This document shows positions 18,861 to 27,886 of a stretch of DNA of 36,170 nucleotides, piece by piece. The stretch lies in IMG/VR virus record IMGVR_UViG_3300016649_000229, positions 1 through 36,170 of that record; one strand, given 5' to 3'. The position numbers were made by a program, and so were the translations under genes. The number at the start of each line of letters is the position of its first letter. Position 1 is the stretch's first letter. Below the pieces are notes generated by a model. It searched no databases, had not been told where the DNA came from, and saw only the letters and a program-made list of their open reading frames with translations. This DNA is from a virus (Duplodnaviria; Caudoviricetes).

Positions 18861-19930
18861 TGAGTTATAATCCAATTACTGAGAATTTATCTTTTGACTA
18901 TCAGCCAGACCCTATTACATCAAATGTTACGTTAACTGATTGGCACAGGAAATTCTATGACGTATTCGCTACTAATAGTGATATATATATTATTTTACCA
19001 GATGACCCTTCACCATTTAATAATAATGAACGTGGTTCTTTATTTTTTAGAAGAATAGATGGTAATTCTAATAGAAATGTGACAGTGCAAGCAGTTATAA
19101 ATGGGACTTTAACTGTTGTCCCAATTCCAGTAGAGGCAGACATTGTACACTGGTTTATATCTGTATATGATGGGAGAACCAGTAGTAATACTTTTTATTT
19201 CCAATTAAGTAGTGCCGAAGCAATTAACCAAACTAGGGTAACTAGGTTACCAGCTACTACTCTTTCGCCGAGTAATATCGATATTTTATTTACAAGTTAC
19301 ATAGGTGCAAATATAGGAGGGTGGATATTAGCAGCAGGCGACACAGTTCTAGTAGGCTCCCAGACTAATTCAAAAGAAAACGCTGTTTACGTAGTACAAA
19401 ACAACGGAGGACTTGTTAGAAGACGTGATTTTGAAATAGGAAGAAATATCGATAGTTACATAGTCCCTGTAATAGCTGGTGAATATGCCACTGATATATA
19501 TCTATTCTATAATAAACAAAGAGGCCAAGGGTTTCCTGCCATAGCTGGGTACGACAATATAAACTGTGCTGTATATTTAAATAATGAAAACCCTTTACTA
19601 CTTAACGGATATGAGAAAATAAGATCAGTTGTAGATCAAAATTACGTGGCTTCTAGCGATGATTATGTAATAACTATGAACTTAACAGCTGGTGTAAACA
19701 GGACTTTAACCCTGCCTAAGTTATCTTCTTTGTTGACCCCATCTACTACTGGCATGATGAAAATATATAGAATATTTAAATTAGCACCATCGGGGATATT
19801 AAGTATAGCGTGTACTGCGGGAGATACGTTTGGAGATGGATCAACCTCTACCAGCCTACAAAAAAATGGGGATAATATTTACTTATCTGGTATTATATCA
19901 TCTAATAACTCTTATTGGCTTATAGGATAA
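18860..19930 (+). CDS. Fibre / receptor-binding-type protein
   Basis: N-terminal domain shared with next gene; 'GDTVLVGSQT..ENAVYVV' fibre module; 'TLTLP' module. Confidence 0.6.
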   Translation: MSYNPITENLSFDYQPDPITSNVTLTDWHRKFYDVFATNSDIYIILPDDPSPFNNNERGSLFFRRIDGNSNRNVTVQAVINGTLTVVPIPVEADIVHWFISVYDGRTSSNTFYFQLSSAEAINQTRVTRLPATTLSPSNIDILFTSYIGANIGGWILAAGDTVLVGSQTNSKENAVYVVQNNGGLVRRRDFEIGRNIDSYIVPVIAGEYATDIYLFYNKQRGQGFPAIAGYDNINCAVYLNNENPLLLNGYEKIRSVVDQNYVASSDDYVITMNLTAGVNRTLTLPKLSSLLTPSTTGMMKIYRIFKLAPSGILSIACTAGDTFGDGSTSTSLQKNGDNIYLSGIISSNNSYWLIG

Positions 19931-19935
19931 AAAAT

Positions 19936-21552
19936 ATGGCTTATCTTTCAGTAGTAAACAATTTATCGATGTATTATTCACTTAGTCCTATTACTTCGGA
20001 CACTGTTTTAGATAAATGGAACAGGACTTTCTATGATATAGACGCAAGCACTGGTGATATTCTTATTACTTTACCACCTATCCCAACACCGGCTAATTTA
20101 TTAGATTCGGGTTCTCTGATGTTTAGGCGTATTGACACCTCTGGCAATACAGTACAACTTCGATATACGTTGGATAATATTACTTACTATTTGTATAATG
20201 TAGAAGCAGATGTTACTTACACACATTGGATAATGAGTGTAAACGACCCTACGTTCGACGATCAGATACAAATAACTAGATTAAGTTCTCAGCAATTTTT
20301 AAAGCTGGCTGGCGGAACTATGACAGGTAGCTTAATATTAAACGGGGATCCTACTTCCCCCTTGGAAGCGGCTACAAAAAATTATGTGGACACACAAGTG
20401 GCAGTTAATCAGCCAACAAATGACTTAGGTATTGATCTCGCTGTGTCTATTACAGATGCAGATTCTCCTTACCCATTAACAGTAAACCAAACAACGGTAA
20501 ATGTTGATGCAAGCTCGGGGTCAGTAAAAATAGATTTACCTCCGATAGACAATATATCTACTCCTGTCTTGAATAAGAGATATATAATTAATAGAACTGA
20601 TACCATGAACAGCAATGTTGTTCAAATTAATTGTAATAGTGGGAGCACAGACCGATTCCAACGTACACCTACTGGGTTTAATACATACTATTTACAATGT
20701 GCTAGCACTATCCAACTAGTATCCGTGGTTATACCTGGGGCAAATGTATGGGTAATAGAATCCGATTCTAATCCACAATATCAAAGTATCCCATTTGATG
20801 GTTTAATAACTTCAGACACTGTTTTAACTTACCATGGTTCTTTGTTTACTGTGTATGCCAATTCTAACATCAAAATAACCTTGCCATTGTGCACGAATGG
20901 GGTAGGTTCTACAAAAATTATACGCACAGATCCTAACCCACAATACGATGTTAACCTTGTAGCACCATCAGGCCACACTGTTAACGGGGTGTCCGACGTA
21001 AAATTGCTTGTTAATGGTACAGCTACCGCTAGAACATTGTCTTATGGGGACTCTTCTCTTGTAATAGAGCTGGCACAAAGCTCTTCCGTGGCTGGTTCCG
21101 TGTTAGCTTTGCGCCAAAGTACAGGGCAAACAATTAATAACTCAACCATATCACCAGTGACATTCGACACGAATGATACTGAACTTGCAATAAGTCCTTC
21201 TAATGTAGGTCTAACTGTAACGGGGGGTAATACGTTTACTAACTACACTGGATCAGCAATGACGATAATTATAGCCTACCAGGTACAATGGTCAGCCAAC
21301 GGCGCAGGCCAGAGGCAAGCTTGGGTACAAAGAACTTCATCATCTCAAAGATGTGGAATGGTAACATCAGTACCGCACACAGGGGGGGAAGGTACAGTAC
21401 AATCTTCATCTACTACTTTTTCGTTGGCGAGTGGGGATGGATTTAAAATATGTGTAAACCAGAGTAGTGGGTCTGCCTTAGTTTTAAATGGTGGTGGGGT
21501 GGGCTTACCAACGGGGTATGCTGGTAGATTACAAATAGCTAGAATCATATAG
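19936..21552 (+). CDS. Tail fibre / receptor-binding protein
   Basis: 'LAGGTMTGSLIL.GDPT...AATKNYVD' fibre motif, repeated 'DAS..I.I.LP' modules, C1q/TNF-like C-terminus. Confidence 0.7.
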   Translation: MAYLSVVNNLSMYYSLSPITSDTVLDKWNRTFYDIDASTGDILITLPPIPTPANLLDSGSLMFRRIDTSGNTVQLRYTLDNITYYLYNVEADVTYTHWIMSVNDPTFDDQIQITRLSSQQFLKLAGGTMTGSLILNGDPTSPLEAATKNYVDTQVAVNQPTNDLGIDLAVSITDADSPYPLTVNQTTVNVDASSGSVKIDLPPIDNISTPVLNKRYIINRTDTMNSNVVQINCNSGSTDRFQRTPTGFNTYYLQCASTIQLVSVVIPGANVWVIESDSNPQYQSIPFDGLITSDTVLTYHGSLFTVYANSNIKITLPLCTNGVGSTKIIRTDPNPQYDVNLVAPSGHTVNGVSDVKLLVNGTATARTLSYGDSSLVIELAQSSSVAGSVLALRQSTGQTINNSTISPVTFDTNDTELAISPSNVGLTVTGGNTFTNYTGSAMTIIIAYQVQWSANGAGQRQAWVQRTSSSQRCGMVTSVPHTGGEGTVQSSSTTFSLASGDGFKICVNQSSGSALVLNGGGVGLPTGYAGRLQIARII

Positions 21553-21731
21553 AAAGGCAGGGATCTATAAACGAATCTGGTAGTTTTTCTTTTAGCTCAT
21601 AGTGACCGTATAGACTTTTTAGGCAAGTCCCTAATTAATCACGGGTAATAAGTTTCATTGACCCTCTTTAATGTGTAATCTACAAATAGGTTATTAGATT
21701 ATAAACACTTAGGTAATGAGAGGGTTATAAC

Positions 21732-22058
21732 ATGGTGGGTATCGAGGTGATCCAAATGCAAATAGGTTCAAAGTTGAAATCATTATTGTTTTTTTCATTG
21801 AAGAGTAGATTTACTCCTACAGTTCTAAGTATTTTAGTAGGAGTTGTCTTTAATTCTTTTCGTCAAAGAGATAGGGATATGTATATAGCTAGTATCAATG
21901 ATATGAAGGAAACCTTGTCTGCAAAGATAGATTTACAGGAGGCGAGAAGTAAAGAACAAATTGAAAGAGAAAAAGCTAAAATTGCAGTTTATGAAAATGT
22001 GTGTAAGAAATTTGAAGAAAAAACAGGTTATTCATGCGTTGGGAGTAAAAAGAAATGA
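21732..22058 (+). CDS. Single-TM coiled-coil protein (holin or spanin candidate)
   Basis: Hydrophobic segment then coiled coil with C-terminal Cys pair. Confidence 0.4.
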   Translation: MVGIEVIQMQIGSKLKSLLFFSLKSRFTPTVLSILVGVVFNSFRQRDRDMYIASINDMKETLSAKIDLQEARSKEQIEREKAKIAVYENVCKKFEEKTGYSCVGSKKK

Positions 22059-22291
22059 CCAGTTATTTTAATTACTTTTCTGTACTATTAATTATAGCCA
22101 GTATTTTGATAGCGGACTTAAAGGATAGTATGCGAGTCAAACAAGCGGAAAGTGAATATTTGTCTTTGTTATCCAAGGCTGATAAGGTAGATTTAATCTA
22201 TACTAACTGGGCTATATTTTATAGCAAGTATAGTAAAGAGAGGATTAGCCCTATGTTAAAAACTATTAGTGATTATAAGGAGGGTAAATAA
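22055..22291 (+). CDS. Small membrane protein
   Basis: ATGA overlap; N-terminal TM segment. Confidence 0.5.
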   Translation: MTSYFNYFSVLLIIASILIADLKDSMRVKQAESEYLSLLSKADKVDLIYTNWAIFYSKYSKERISPMLKTISDYKEGK

Positions 22292-22428
22292 TGCCTTTGA
22301 AGAAAAGTGCGAGTAAAAAGGCTGTAGGTGAGAACATAAAGAAGGAGATAGCGGCAGGTAAGCCTAAAAAGCAAGCTGTGGCTATAGCTTTAGAGACTCA
22401 AAGAAAGGCTAAGAAGTCAAAAAAATAA
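22291..22428 (+). CDS. 45-aa basic protein (not in ORF track)
   Basis: aaggagg RBS, TAATG coupling; MPLKKSASKKAVGENIKKEIAAGKPKKQAVAIALETQRKAKKSKK. Confidence 0.8.
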   Translation: MPLKKSASKKAVGENIKKEIAAGKPKKQAVAIALETQRKAKKSKK

Positions 22429-22457
22429 CCATTAACACGGTGCAAAAAGGAAAGATT

Positions 22458-22724
22458 ATGGCTAGGTCAGATATCGCTAAAGACTTTGTAGAGAAGGGGG
22501 TAAGATTAGATAAACTAAGTTCAAATCATGTTTACACTATCTTAATTATTGCGGCGTTTGGGTCACTAAGTTATTATTGTATTAGTTCTTTTTCGGAAGC
22601 AAATGATAAACAAAGAGCACAAATAAATGAGTTAGCTAAGGTGATAAATAACCTAGCGGAGAAAGTAAATTTGTCTAGTGGTTGTAATATAGCTAGGTCA
22701 CTTTCCAATGAGCTTCCCAAGTAA
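22458..22724 (+). CDS. Single-TM coiled-coil protein (holin-like candidate)
   Basis: aagga RBS before ATG 22458; TM 'VYTILIIAAFGSLSYYCI'. Confidence 0.45.
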   Translation: MARSDIAKDFVEKGVRLDKLSSNHVYTILIIAAFGSLSYYCISSFSEANDKQRAQINELAKVINNLAEKVNLSSGCNIARSLSNELPK

Positions 22725-22831
22725 TTTGTCTATCCATAGCAATAACAACATCATTAAGTCTAAAAATATATGTATAAAAATATACCCACCTACAAGTATC
22801 AAAATTCCGTAAATTATGTATTCAAACATTG

Positions 22832-23350
22832 TTATTTCCTTATCATAAACCCAGTTTTAAAAGAATTAACTTTAAAGTTATCCATATCTACACTAGATAT
22901 CCAAGCAAAGTTGTCAGTAATATTTACCTCTGATACTAGTTCATATTTTATAGTAGAACCTGTGAAATTAGAAATAGAAGTATAATCACTAGCAGGTAAC
23001 AGGAACCCGATACCAAGAGTAGGGATATGAACTCTACTTTCCTCAAGATTTTTTTCTTTGGTCGTAGTCTGAGAAACCTCATTAGAAGTAATATTCGTAA
23101 CATCATTTGATTTTGTGCTCTCATCAGTATTTTCATTGATTACTTCCATTATTTTACCTGTGTTGGAATACTTTGTAATAGTCCTATATACAACTTTAAC
23201 TTGAGACTTTGTTTCTTCTTTCTTTGTTTCTTGGTGAGTTTCTTTTTTGTTATCTATTTCTTTGATAACTATTTTATCTTTTTTACTGAGTCTACCAAGA
23301 AAAAAGAACAAAGATAACAAAGAGATTAACCCTATTATCTTTGTTTTCAT
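22832..23350 (-). CDS. Membrane-anchored lysis accessory (spanin-like) protein
   Basis: N-terminal TM, Thr/Lys/Glu-rich linker, beta-rich C-terminus; ATGA-coupled to endolysin. Confidence 0.45.
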   Translation of the reverse strand: MKTKIIGLISLLSLFFFLGRLSKKDKIVIKEIDNKKETHQETKKEETKSQVKVVYRTITKYSNTGKIMEVINENTDESTKSNDVTNITSNEVSQTTTKEKNLEESRVHIPTLGIGFLLPASDYTSISNFTGSTIKYELVSEVNITDNFAWISSVDMDNFKVNSFKTGFMIRK

Positions 23351-23835
23351 ATTATGCGTTCCCCCCTGTATAAAGCCTGTTCTTTCTTTCTCCTACGCAC
23401 AAGGCCGCCTAGTTCTTGACCACCTTGGCAAGTCCAAGTCTTACTAAGGAACTCTCTAGCCGCCTGTGCATAGTCACCACGGATATGGTAATCTAATAAT
23501 TGGCTTTTAGAAAAGTTTCCATATCCTACTTGGTAACAGAATGAAATTAAAGCCCCCAGTTGATAGTCTGTAGTCTTTGCACCATTTAACTTTGACTTAA
23601 TATATTCCTTTCTTTGCAACCAAAGTTCAATAAACATTAGTCTGGCTTCTGTTTCTGTCAGAGGTTTATCATCTATCTTAACCTTGGTGTTATTTGGGTA
23701 ATAAGTCATCCCATATCCAGTTGTGACTATGTTCTTTTCCCTTTCTAAGCTTGTTGCATAGTACGGCTTTGGTTTAAAAGTCTCCTCAGAAATACAGATA
23801 TTGAATCCTTTTTGCTCATTTTCATTCATTATCAT
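23347..23835 (-). CDS. Endolysin, GH24 lysozyme family
   Basis: Catalytic-region 'EE.F..KPY...TTGYG', 'ALISFCYQVG', 'GLVRRRKKE..LY'. Confidence 0.9.
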   Translation of the reverse strand: MIMNENEQKGFNICISEETFKPKPYYATSLEREKNIVTTGYGMTYYPNNTKVKIDDKPLTETEARLMFIELWLQRKEYIKSKLNGAKTTDYQLGALISFCYQVGYGNFSKSQLLDYHIRGDYAQAAREFLSKTWTCQGGQELGGLVRRRKKEQALYRGERII

Positions 23836-24112
23836 TTCTCTCCCCTTTGCGCTTGTTAGAAGACTTTGAACAGTCTATTAATCCTATTGTTTCTATTGCA
23901 ATGTTGTTACCCCAGCTGTCTGGCATATAGACAGGCTCATTATTAACATCCCTGTTTTTACCGTGTTTATCGCAAATTCTATTTCCATTGTACAAACTCA
24001 TAAATACCTGACTACAACGCAAGCAAGTTCTCAGTTTTGTAGTGTCTTTGTACCTAGCAGCTATCATAATGTTTTCTTGACTACCTTTGTATCTATAAGA
24101 ATGATTACCCAT
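23822..24112 (-). CDS. Zinc-finger protein
   Basis: 'RTCLRC...F.S...GNRICDKH'; aaggag RBS. Confidence 0.6.
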   Translation of the reverse strand: MGNHSYRYKGSQENIMIAARYKDTTKLRTCLRCSQVFMSLYNGNRICDKHGKNRDVNNEPVYMPDSWGNNIAIETIGLIDCSKSSNKRKGERNDNE

Positions 24113-24130
24113 GACTCACACTCCTTTTTA

Positions 24131-24355
24131 TTAATTTCTTGGTGGTGATAACTTGTTACAAACTTTCAATACTCTACGTCTACCTGTATCAATTTCTTCT
24201 AAAATATAGAAAAAATGTATAACATCTTTGTTAGCAAAGAATCTTTCTTTTATCAAGCTTTCTGCCTTATCCTCGGCAGCTGTCCTCCCAGTAGCATTAA
24301 AACTATGTTCAAAAATATCAGAATTACTCTCAAATACAACTTTGTATGTTTTCAT
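24131..24355 (-). CDS. Hypothetical protein
   Basis: aaagga RBS, in - strand operon. Confidence 0.6.
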   Translation of the reverse strand: MKTYKVVFESNSDIFEHSFNATGRTAAEDKAESLIKERFFANKDVIHFFYILEEIDTGRRRVLKVCNKLSPPRN

Positions 24356-24386
24356 AGAATCCTTTCTTATTCGTTAATATAGTTTA

Positions 24387-24620
24387 CTAATTCTTTGATT
24401 GAATCGATACTTTGTAATGTAATTGGGTGATATATATATATGCATCCCAGAAATTATCGTTTTTAAGTGTAATATTAAAATACTTGTCATCAAGGTCTCT
24501 GCATATTGTTTTTATTTCGGATATATTTATAAGTACTGTACTTGAATCTACTGGAATATCTATTTTACCCATTGCTTGCCCTTTTAGTCTAGCAGCTAAA
24601 AATTTACTCATTTCTTGCAC
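24387..24620 (-). CDS. Hypothetical protein
   Basis: Fills operon gap; ggag RBS near start. Confidence 0.5.
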   Translation of the reverse strand: MQEMSKFLAARLKGQAMGKIDIPVDSSTVLINISEIKTICRDLDDKYFNITLKNDNFWDAYIYITQLHYKVSIQSKN

Positions 24621-24690
24621 TCCCTTATTAAAATAAGTATTGATATATAGATAACTATTGCACTAACAATAAATAAGCAAGCTAGAGTGT

Positions 24691-25062
24691 TCATTTTTTC
24701 TTTATATCCTGTTTAGTTTTCCTCGAATGACAAGGCTTGCAAAGTACTTGCAATAAACTAGGTACAACATCTAGATACCTTAAGTAATTCAATAATGAGT
24801 TTAAACTATCTACCTCACCTGATTTACAAATAGCTATTACATGGTCTACTTGGATATCACCGTAACTAAAAGTTTTACTGCAACTAGCGCAAATGTGCTT
24901 AGGCATTTGGCTAGTCCAATCTGACGCTCTCGACTCCTTCAATACTTGCTTTCTTATCGGTGAACTTCTAGACCAAATATACCTAGCTTCTTTAGCTAAA
25001 GTTGCGTAGTACTTTTGTTCACTAGACTTAGCTTCTTTAACAGATTTTGTTTTTTTAGTCAT
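24691..25062 (-). CDS. HNH endonuclease
   Basis: 'HICASC...QVDHV...LQVLCKPCHSRKT'. Confidence 0.85.
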   Translation of the reverse strand: MTKKTKSVKEAKSSEQKYYATLAKEARYIWSRSSPIRKQVLKESRASDWTSQMPKHICASCSKTFSYGDIQVDHVIAICKSGEVDSLNSLLNYLRYLDVVPSLLQVLCKPCHSRKTKQDIKKK

Positions 25063-25304
25063 ATTAGTTTATCTTCCTCTCTTTCACCTTGAAGCCATTT
25101 GGTTAAGTCATATATTTTATAGTTATATGAGCCTAAGTTTTCTAGGGTGTATGGGACACCATATTTTTTGCAAGTCTTGGAAACTTGCGCTTTACTATAT
25201 CCAGTAAGTTCTACAATTTCAGTGGCACTATATCTACCATTGAGTTCCGACAAGATTTCTTTTAATGTAGGTTGTAGTTCTCTTTTCTTAGTCATTTTCA
25301 TCAC
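25059..25304 (-). CDS. Helix-turn-helix DNA-binding protein
   Basis: 'YSATEIVELTGYSKAQVSKTCKKYG'. Confidence 0.65.
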   Translation of the reverse strand: MMKMTKKRELQPTLKEILSELNGRYSATEIVELTGYSKAQVSKTCKKYGVPYTLENLGSYNYKIYDLTKWLQGEREEDKLI

Positions 25305-25470
25305 TCCTAATGTTAATTACTATGCGATTATGTACAGCGTCGTACCTAGCGGCCACTGGAATAAAGTTTGCGCCCTCGTCTGCACAATAAAACTCTAATT
25401 CTATTGTAGTGTCGTCAATGATATTCTTATTTTCTTCGTAAACCTTTAATATATCGCTAAGTCTTCTCAT
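25288..25470 (-). CDS. Hypothetical protein
   Basis: aaggag RBS, overlaps both neighbours. Confidence 0.55.
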   Translation of the reverse strand: MRRLSDILKVYEENKNIIDDTTIELEFYCADEGANFIPVAARYDAVHNRIVINIRSDEND

Positions 25471-25813
25471 GGTAAGCTTTCTCCTTTGATTGATAGTAAT
25501 TTTCTACATCTTGAACAAACTTTTCAAAATGTTTATTAATAATCATGCAGTTTGTAGCTATGCAAATATGGTGCGGTGTTCCAGATTCTTGGTCGTATAT
25601 TTCTCCTTTATTTAAAGCAATTGTGTGTCTAGTCAACGAATTAAGAGCTTGTTCTATTAAATTGTCAAAGTTCCTCCAATAATTAGGTTTTCCATCTACA
25701 TCTGGGTATTTAGGTTCAGACTTTTTCATATGTTCTAAAATTTGTTCAATAAAAGTCCAATCTATTACACTAGGTCTAATTTTACCTTGATTCTTTCTTA
25801 TTTCTATTGTCAT
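25457..25813 (-). CDS. dATP/dGTP diphosphohydrolase-domain protein (DUF5664-like)
   Basis: 'K.R......KY.....NY...SLTRH.....GE..DQESG.PH..CIATN' pattern. Confidence 0.7.
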   Translation of the reverse strand: MTIEIRKNQGKIRPSVIDWTFIEQILEHMKKSEPKYPDVDGKPNYWRNFDNLIEQALNSLTRHTIALNKGEIYDQESGTPHHICIATNCMIINKHFEKFVQDVENYYQSKEKAYHEKT

Positions 25814-25826
25814 ATTTTTATTAACC

Positions 25827-26807
25827 TTATTTCAAAGCCCATTGAGGTAAGCTGATTACTTTGCCATATCCCTCACCATCTGTTCTCGCCCATTTACCAG
25901 AATCCTGACAATCTTTAATTTCTTTTAAGATTTCCAATCTCCTAGCTTTGAACCATGCAATTGAATGTGGGTCTAGGTGAAACATACCGCACTCATAGGG
26001 CGGCTCTTTACTTACAAAGAGAAAAAAGAACTTCTTAAACCTAGAATGACCTTCAATCAAATTACCTACTTCTAAGTACTGAGCATGTTGAAATCCATAT
26101 CCAAAGTTACAAATAGACTTTATTACCTCAGTCTCGGAAGCGTCTTGGCAGCTTTTTAAGTCTATAAAGTAATCGTGACCTCTAGCGTCCCCTCTGATAT
26201 TAAGAAACAAGCCAGTGACAGGGCACTGTGCAACCCCAGATATTTCAGGAACAGAGTTTTCAAGTAATGCAGACGCTCGTTTATGAGAGAACACTGATTT
26301 TTGTATAGCTCTCAATGTATCCATTTCTTCTTGCTTTATTACAAAGAATTCTTTGCCATCTTTTAAATATTGACCATCTTTACCTTTGTGTACTATATAC
26401 TTTGTTTCTTTCTTCTTTGATTTTTTCTCTGAGTCAACAGGTTCTAGGCTTGGGATTGGTGTACCAAATTTCTCATCTATCCAATCCTTAAATGCTGTAG
26501 TTCTTTGGTCTAAGTTGCAAACTATTACAGAGTTTTCAAACTTCTCCTGTTCTAATATAGCTAAGTGTATCAAAGTACCCATTAAAAAATTAGGATTACT
26601 TTTGTTAGGTACTGAGCGGACTATATACTTTTGATACCAATTCCATGGTGAATTTTTGTGCCAGTACTTTATTTGGCTTGCACTAATAGCCTTCATGCTA
26701 TGGTGCTGTTCGTTAGAAATTTCTGGTAACCACCTATTGGTGATATCGTTTTCGTAGGGGCTAGTTATCAAGGGAAACGGTGTCTTTGATAAACTTGGGT
26801 GTAGCAT
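25827..26807 (-). CDS. PD-(D/E)XK exonuclease VIII (RecE/DUF3799-like)
   Basis: 'ISASQIK', 'GTLIHLAILE', 'PEIS...RGD...FIDLKS', 'YGFQHAQY', 'FLFVSKEPPY'. Confidence 0.85.
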   Translation of the reverse strand: MLHPSLSKTPFPLITSPYENDITNRWLPEISNEQHHSMKAISASQIKYWHKNSPWNWYQKYIVRSVPNKSNPNFLMGTLIHLAILEQEKFENSVIVCNLDQRTTAFKDWIDEKFGTPIPSLEPVDSEKKSKKKETKYIVHKGKDGQYLKDGKEFFVIKQEEMDTLRAIQKSVFSHKRASALLENSVPEISGVAQCPVTGLFLNIRGDARGHDYFIDLKSCQDASETEVIKSICNFGYGFQHAQYLEVGNLIEGHSRFKKFFFLFVSKEPPYECGMFHLDPHSIAWFKARRLEILKEIKDCQDSGKWARTDGEGYGKVISLPQWALK

Positions 26808-26885
26808 GACTTTCTTCTCTCCTAAGTTAAAAGTGCAATGTAAGCTAGCAACTTGCTAACTTATCATTGAACCCTTAAGGTTCAA

Positions 26886-27404
26886 CTATCCGAAAGGATT
26901 TTCAGATTTAAAGTTATTAGCTTTAACTGGTTCTGAAGTCCTACGAGCAGGTGCAGCGGTTGGTTGTCTAGCAGGTGCTGGTTTCGCTACTTGTTTAGGT
27001 TCCTCTTTAGCACCAACTGCCTTATCGCATAGGTCTAAAATTTCTTGAGTAGGTTCAAAGCTGTCGTCTACTTGCACATCGTATTGAACTATCATTTTAC
27101 CTTTGGCTAAGCCTTTAGTACCTTCAAATCTACCAGTCAAAGTAACTTGAATTCTGTCACCTATTTGGTAATAAGGCATTTGCTCGTCAATGGACTTGCA
27201 AGAAAACACAATCAATGGTGCATAATCTTTGTTTTCGTCTAAGAAAATATAGTGTTGTTTATTGTATTCTTTGCTTGGTGCAGTGAGACCAGCAAATATA
27301 CCTATGAAACTGTCACCAATTTGGTTGTTTTCTCTGCCACCAAATGCTGGGTACCCACCGTTGCCATTGTTTGCTTTTGGTGCTCTGCGTGTAAAATTTG
27401 TCAT
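26886..27404 (-). CDS. Putative single-stranded DNA-binding protein
   Basis: OB-fold-like core ('IGDSFIG.F','IGDRIQVTLTG'), Pro/Ala linker, C-terminal 'NPFG' tail; adjacent to exonuclease. Confidence 0.65.
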   Translation of the reverse strand: MTNFTRRAPKANNGNGGYPAFGGRENNQIGDSFIGIFAGLTAPSKEYNKQHYIFLDENKDYAPLIVFSCKSIDEQMPYYQIGDRIQVTLTGRFEGTKGLAKGKMIVQYDVQVDDSFEPTQEILDLCDKAVGAKEEPKQVAKPAPARQPTAAPARRTSEPVKANNFKSENPFG

Positions 27405-27431
27405 AGTGAAATCTCCTGTGGTTTGTTGTTA

Positions 27432-27599
27432 TTATTTTGACTCGTGATAAGTAGCTATTCCTAATCTAATAAACAATTGTGTCATTTCATTTTGTAACCT
27501 AATGTAGTTCTCTATATCATTTTGTACCCCCTTCAAATCTCTTTGCTCTCGCAACTCATCAAGTTGCTTAATTATTTGTTCTTTGTTAAAGCGTGTCAT
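27432..27599 (-). CDS. 55-aa hypothetical protein (not in ORF track)
   Basis: ATGA overlap with upstream ORF; MTRFNKEQIIKQLDELREQRDL...YHESK fills the gap. Confidence 0.65.
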   Translation of the reverse strand: MTRFNKEQIIKQLDELREQRDLKGVQNDIENYIRLQNEMTQLFIRLGIATYHESK

Positions 27600-27874
27600 T
27601 CTTCATACTCCTCAAATAATTTAATTACTAAGTTTCTAAGATTTTCATCATCTTCAACTAAGTCCTTAAGTGACTTTTCTAACTCTTCTAAGGTTTTGTT
27701 TAACTTTTTTATAGCTGTATCATATTCTTCTACTTTCGCAGCTATTAAAGCAAAACTATGTACACGTTTTCTTAGTTCAATTTCAGCGTCGTAAGTTTGA
27801 GTACCTTTGTAAGTATTTTTACTGAGGTTAGCTAGGAACTGGTCAGCTAAGTGTTTGTTTATCTTAATTTTCAT
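27596..27874 (-). CDS. Coiled-coil hypothetical protein
   Basis: gaggag RBS. Confidence 0.65.
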   Translation of the reverse strand: MKIKINKHLADQFLANLSKNTYKGTQTYDAEIELRKRVHSFALIAAKVEEYDTAIKKLNKTLEELEKSLKDLVEDDENLRNLVIKLFEEYEE

Positions 27875-27886
27875 AGTTTATTCTCC

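Noticed and set aside
18860-21552. Diversity-generating retroelement or invertase-type fibre switch
   Set aside because: No reverse transcriptase, invertase, TR/VR pair or local inverted sites seen; similarity is diverged protein-level paralogy.
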